From NCBI GenBank assembly GCA_011192195.1, contig DUEH01000004.1, forward strand, positions 1-38,622: DNA of 38,622 nt, in the 5' to 3' direction. The DNA is from Chloroflexota bacterium. GTDB taxonomy: Bacteria; Chloroflexota; Anaerolineae; 4572-78. Below are positions 34,610 to 38,622 of the stretch, in pieces. Both the position numbers and the translations under genes were made by a program. The notes under the pieces are model-generated. The model searched no databases, was not told the origin of the DNA, and was given only the letters and a program-made list of their open reading frames with translations. Each line of letters starts with the position of its first letter. The first letter of the stretch is position 1.

Positions 34610-36451
34610 CTATATTACCAGCTCATCAAGCCCCAACTCGGTCAGTTTTTGCGCCGATGGGCGACCACTTTCCCAATCCCAATCTCGATGAGCGTAATAT
34701 TCTTTGAGCATTAGCTGCCAATCGGGCACAAAGCCATCGGTGGGGCCGCTGGCGAGAGGGGTATTCAAGAGGATGGGCATTACTTCATCCTGCCGAGGCT
34801 TCAATCCCAGTTTTAGATTGAGCAGGCGTTTCAGGTTAAAGATGCGCTCTCCGCCAAGAACCAACTCATCCAGCGATATTTCTTTCCCCAAAATCGCTTG
34901 AAAAGTCTCCGGCAATACTTGCAGGTTTACATTGACAAAGACGCAACAACCGCAAGCATCCACCATCGAGCGATAATCCTGATGCTTTGCCACCAGCGGC
35001 GCTTTGCCCGCTTCCTGGCGGTGGTCATCAGAGACAATCCCCAATTGATCAAAGGTATGCCCTGTTTCCACAAAATAGAAATCGCTTTTGTTGTGGCAAG
35101 CCCCTCTGGGCGAGGTGAGATAAACCAGGGCCATCCCGCTGAAAGCGCGGGGGTCATGCATGCCGGGGTCCATTCCGTTGACCTGCACCGCCAGTCCGGG
35201 CGCGTTAAAATGTTCTTCCATTGCGCGCACGCCGTCGGCCAAAATGTCGCCAAAGCCGTCGCGAACGGCGATTTTTTTCAGCAATTCAATAGTTTGGGCA
35301 GGATTGCCCCATTCCACCGTTTCGCCCTTGCTGTCTGCGGAAGACAGGTAGCCTTGCTCGCTGAGCCAGGCGGCAAAGCCAATGACCGCTCCGGCGCTGA
35401 TGACATCCATTCCCGCCGAATCGCATATCCAGTCGAAATAGGAGACGGCTTTCAGGTCTTCAATCAGCAGGTTTGACCCCAGTGAGGCGACGGCTTCGTA
35501 TTCCGGGCCATCCGTTGTACCCAGCGCGTAGGGATCATCTTCGCCTTCGATGGTCACTTCGCTGCCGCATTGCACGGTGCAGCCCCAGCAGCCCGTGCTG
35601 CCGGTACGAATGGACATTGACATTGCCGCGCCGCTCAGGTTCAACGCGCCTTCGTAATCGCCCTCTGTCCAGTATTTGGCGGGCAAGGAGCCGACCATCT
35701 GGAAGTATTCCAGCCCGCTGGCAGTTCCCAGGTCTTTGAGGAGATCGGCGGCAAAGTCTGCTTTGATGTGCGCCATTGCTTTGCGAAAGGCCAGATTGAC
35801 CGCTTCTTTGTCTGATACGGGAATTAGTCCCTTACCACGAATGGCGATGGCTTTGAGCTTTTTAGACCCCATTACCGCGCCCATGCCGGCGCGTCCGGCG
35901 GCGCGCGCGTCGGCGTTCATAATGGAGGCAAAACGAACCAGGTTTTCGCCCGCCGGGCCAATGCAAGCCACGCGAGTGCGCGAGTCTCCGGATTCGGCGA
36001 TGATTTCGTTTTGGGTTTGATAGGTGTCCAATCCCCACAGGTGTTCGGCGGGACGCAGTTTTGGCGGCAGGCCTTCACGAATGAGCAGGTAGACCGGCGT
36101 GGGCGATTGCCCGGTGATGATGATGCCGTCGTAGCCCGCTCGTTTTAGTTCGTGTCCGGTGTAGCCGCCCGCGCTGGATTCGCCAAAGAGGCCGGTAAGC
36201 GGGCTTTTGGAGATGAAGGCGTGCCTGGAAGCGGAAGGGGTGCGCGTGCCGGTCAGTGGGCCGGTCATCATAATCAGGGGGTTGTCTGGCCCCAGCGGAT
36301 CGGTGGCGGCGTCAACCATATCAAAGAGATAGCGCGCGCCCAGTCCGCTGTTACCGATGAATTGTTCGGCCCAGTCTTGATTCAACGCTTCATCGCGCAG
36401 TTTGCCCGTACTCAGGTTCACGTGGAGAATTTTTTCCAGATAGCCGTTCAT
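34610..36451 (-). CDS. aor: Aldehyde:ferredoxin oxidoreductase family (W/Mo-bis-pterin, 4Fe-4S)
   Basis: SKSPLTG, CIGPAGENLV, GRAGMGAVMGSKKLKAI, CWGCTVQCG, GPEYE, CDSAGMD, HDPR, EYYAHRDWD; GGAG RBS before ATG 36451. Confidence 0.92.
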   Translation of the reverse strand: MNGYLEKILHVNLSTGKLRDEALNQDWAEQFIGNSGLGARYLFDMVDAATDPLGPDNPLIMMTGPLTGTRTPSASRHAFISKSPLTGLFGESSAGGYTGHELKRAGYDGIIITGQSPTPVYLLIREGLPPKLRPAEHLWGLDTYQTQNEIIAESGDSRTRVACIGPAGENLVRFASIMNADARAAGRAGMGAVMGSKKLKAIAIRGKGLIPVSDKEAVNLAFRKAMAHIKADFAADLLKDLGTASGLEYFQMVGSLPAKYWTEGDYEGALNLSGAAMSMSIRTGSTGCWGCTVQCGSEVTIEGEDDPYALGTTDGPEYEAVASLGSNLLIEDLKAVSYFDWICDSAGMDVISAGAVIGFAAWLSEQGYLSSADSKGETVEWGNPAQTIELLKKIAVRDGFGDILADGVRAMEEHFNAPGLAVQVNGMDPGMHDPRAFSGMALVYLTSPRGACHNKSDFYFVETGHTFDQLGIVSDDHRQEAGKAPLVAKHQDYRSMVDACGCCVFVNVNLQVLPETFQAILGKEISLDELVLGGERIFNLKRLLNLKLGLKPRQDEVMPILLNTPLASGPTDGFVPDWQLMLKEYYAHRDWDWESGRPSAQKLTELGLDELVI

Positions 36452-36509
36452 TGATGCTCCTTGCAAGCTTTTAGCGGTCAGTTTTCAGCTTTTAGCTGAC
36501 CGCTGAAAG

Positions 36510-37676
36510 CTAAAAATCAATATCCTTGCCCTGGTAGGCGTAGCGGAAGAGTTGGGTGGTTTCGTTGGTGTCGGGGATACGGCTGCCCATGACAATGACG
36601 GAATCGGCTTCGGCAAAGGCGACAAGTTGGGCCAGCGCGGCTTCAAATTCCTCCGCTGAGGCGTCAATGGTCTCTTTAATGCTCAAGGGTTGTCCTACGG
36701 CAACAGAAAGTTCTTGAATAGCCTTTATCAGACTATCTGCGCCTTCTTTGGGTGTGGCGGCGGGCAGGCCCAGAAAGCGGCTTAGTTCGTGGAAACGGGT
36801 TTCGCCGGGGTTGTTATCAGTGAATTGGATGGTGTAGGGTAGAAAAAGGGCCACGGCTCTGCCGTGCGGCACGTGGAAGACGGCTCCCAAACTATGCCCC
36901 AACGAGTGCGCCAGAGCGGGCATGGCGTTGCTAAAACTCAAGCCGGCCAGGGTGGCGGCGTTGTGCATCTTTTCGCGGGCTTCCATATCGTCGCCATTGG
37001 CAACGGCGCGGGGCAGATAGGTGAAGACCAGTTGCATAGCTTTTAAGGCCAGCCCGTCGCTGAAGTCATTGCGCAAACTGCAGGTGTAGGCTTCAATAGC
37101 GTGGGTCAGCGCGTCCAGACCGGTATCGGCGGTGAGGCGAGGGGGCATTTTTTGCGCCAGAAGCGGGTCAATAATGGCGATGTCCGGCAGCAGTTCCGGG
37201 GAACTAAGACCCATTTTACGCCCGTCGGGTTCTGAAATAACGGTAGCCCAGGTTGCTTCTGAGCCGGTTCCGCTGGTAGTGGGAATGGCGATGAGTCTGG
37301 CTTTGTCGCGCAGGTTCAGCGCTTCAAAGGGGTTTATGTCTTCCGGGGTCATATTCGGGTGAACATACATCACCCACATTGCCTTGGCTGCATCCATTGC
37401 CGACCCGCCGCCCAGCCCGACAATCCAGTCCGGTTCAAAGGCGCTCATTTCTTTGGCGCCTTTCATAATTGTGGCGGCGGAAGGTTCCGGTTCCACATCG
37501 CTGAAGGTCTGGCAGCTTATACCGGCTTGCGCAAAATACTCGCTGATCAGGTCTACAAAGCCCAATTTGACCATCATTGGGTCTGCGACAATAAAAGCGC
37601 GGTTCCCGCCAAGGGTTTCCAGATGCTCCAGCGCGTCTTCGCCAAAAATTATTTCAGGAGATCGAAAGTACCACAT
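36510..37676 (-). CDS. Iron-containing alcohol dehydrogenase
   Basis: GLGGGSAMDAAK, IPTTSGTGSEAT, DALTHAIEAY, AHSLGHSLG, HVPHG. Confidence 0.95.
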   Translation of the reverse strand: MWYFRSPEIIFGEDALEHLETLGGNRAFIVADPMMVKLGFVDLISEYFAQAGISCQTFSDVEPEPSAATIMKGAKEMSAFEPDWIVGLGGGSAMDAAKAMWVMYVHPNMTPEDINPFEALNLRDKARLIAIPTTSGTGSEATWATVISEPDGRKMGLSSPELLPDIAIIDPLLAQKMPPRLTADTGLDALTHAIEAYTCSLRNDFSDGLALKAMQLVFTYLPRAVANGDDMEAREKMHNAATLAGLSFSNAMPALAHSLGHSLGAVFHVPHGRAVALFLPYTIQFTDNNPGETRFHELSRFLGLPAATPKEGADSLIKAIQELSVAVGQPLSIKETIDASAEEFEAALAQLVAFAEADSVIVMGSRIPDTNETTQLFRYAYQGKDIDF

Positions 37677-37691
37677 AACTTACTCCTTTTT

Positions 37692-37762
37692 TAATGAACA
37701 ATGAAAAATGAACAGTGAAGAGTGAAAAATTATTCATTATTCACTGTTCATTATTCACTGAA
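37692..37762. repeat. Inverted 7-bp tandem repeats (TGAAYAR / TTCAYTR)
   Basis: taatgaacaatgaaaaatgaacagtgaagagtgaaaaattattcattattcactgttcattattcactgaa. Confidence 0.8.
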
Positions 37763-37764
37763 TT

Positions 37765-38184
37765 TTAGAAGGGAAATTCGGTAGGCACAAAGGTGGCGCA
37801 GTGAACCAGTTCATTGGATGCTTTAACGTTGCGCATAATTTTAGCCATGTTGCCGGTCAGTTTAAGTTTACGGGTGAGCATTGCTTTGATGGGGTCAAGA
37901 CCGTCGTCAATGACTTCTTTGAAAGTTTTCACGCTGCCGCGAAATTCAAATTCAGGCTTGAAGTCATCTTTGTTTTCGGCGCGAAGCGCTTTTCGACATT
38001 CGCCGTGCCACAGGTCAAGATAAACGTATCGGTCTTCATCCAGAGAGCTTCCTTTGGCTTCTACCACAAAGTAGATGTCGCCTTCCCAGGCTTTAGCGGC
38101 TTCGGCGTAGGCTTTGCTGTTGTTCAACTCTTCGCATAAGCGTTTAGCCCATTCATCGGTACCAAATAAAATTTTGTCAGACAT
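37765..38184 (-). CDS. SCP2 sterol/lipid-binding domain protein
   Basis: FGTDEW..L...LNNS..Y.EAAK.WEGD, YLDLWHGEC, LDPIKAMLTRKLKLTGNMAKIMR; GGAGG RBS before ATG 38184. Confidence 0.85.
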   Translation of the reverse strand: MSDKILFGTDEWAKRLCEELNNSKAYAEAAKAWEGDIYFVVEAKGSSLDEDRYVYLDLWHGECRKALRAENKDDFKPEFEFRGSVKTFKEVIDDGLDPIKAMLTRKLKLTGNMAKIMRNVKASNELVHCATFVPTEFPF

Positions 38185-38231
38185 AGAATTCCTCCATACA
38201 AGGTGAGTAAAATTGTGGGTAGTCAAGGTGA

Positions 38232-38281
38232 TGACGCATCGCGTTAAACGCAATTGTAACACACTGCGTCACAGGTGTCAA
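38232..38281 (-). promoter_or_regulatory. Sigma70 promoter with two palindromic operators (putative PhaR boxes)
   Basis: On the - strand TTGACA (38281-38276)-17 nt-TACAAT (38258-38253); TGACGCAGTGTGTTA (38271-38257) and TAACGCGATGCGTCA (38246-38232). Confidence 0.8.
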
Positions 38282-38317
38282 TTGGCGCTTCAGCGGCGCA
38301 ACTGAGGGGCGGGGCGT

Positions 38318-38622
38318 CTATTGCTCAGGGTTCAAGAGCAAAATATATCCGCGCCGGGGGATAGTTTTTAGATGAGTTGGGTTTTTAGGGTCTGGCTCAA
38401 TTTTTTTTCTTAAGTTTTTGACGTGCATTCTTACCAGATCAGGGCTGCCGGTGCCGGGCGGGTAGTCCCAAATTTTTTGCAAAAGTTGCTCGCTGGCAAA
38501 GACTTTCCCCGGATGGATCATAAAATAATGGAGCAGGTCAAATTCAATTGGCGTGAGGCGGCGGACGCCGGTTTGGGTTGTTACCTGAAAAGTTTCGTAG
38601 TTCAGGCTTAGGCCGCTTTGTT
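38318..38622 (-). CDS. OmpR-family response regulator, C-terminal winged-helix part (5' end outside the window)
   Basis: ...RLTPIEFDLLHYFMIHPGKVF...LLQKIWDY...LVRMHVKNLRKKIEPDPKNPTHLKTIPRRGY. Confidence 0.88.
   Translation of the reverse strand, partial: QSGLSLNYETFQVTTQTGVRRLTPIEFDLLHYFMIHPGKVFASEQLLQKIWDYPPGTGSPDLVRMHVKNLRKKIEPDPKNPTHLKTIPRRGYILLLNPEQ

Overview
Gene-dense bacterial chromosomal segment. Gene content, lipoprotein style and intergenic repeats point to Chloroflexota (Anaerolineae-like), which is an inference. Left to right: FetB/FetA-like ABC pair and miaA (-), patatin (+), bactofilin (-) with a long structured leader, family-5 SBP, pcm, a nucleoside-salvage cluster (Nudix-GNAT, MtaD-CYTH, PNP, deoC, amine-dehydrogenase-like, dNK, thiolase), DUF4058, FAD oxidoreductase, an ABM/URO-D-like/Dpp-type ABC operon, vapBC-moxR-DUF58-DUF4129, and an archaeal-type upper mevalonate operon (HMGR, HMGS, thiolase, DUF35). 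A convergent lipid-storage-like locus follows: phasin, PhaR-phasin fusion and START-like protein (+) facing SCP2, Fe-ADH and tungsten-type AOR (-). The most notable signal is that the two promoters driving the convergent arms share the same architecture, each with a pair of 15-bp palindromic operators (TRACRCAnYGYGTYA). This suggests a PhaR-type regulon linking granule proteins to acid/aldehyde/alcohol redox enzymes, with no PHA synthase in the window. Also seen: an unassigned, possibly pseudoknotted RNA leader, GTAAC-ended MITEs with target-site duplications, a probable antitoxin remnant fused to MiaA, and many short tandem/inverted repeats that supply gene stop codons. No rRNA, tRNA, CRISPR array or intact transposase was seen.
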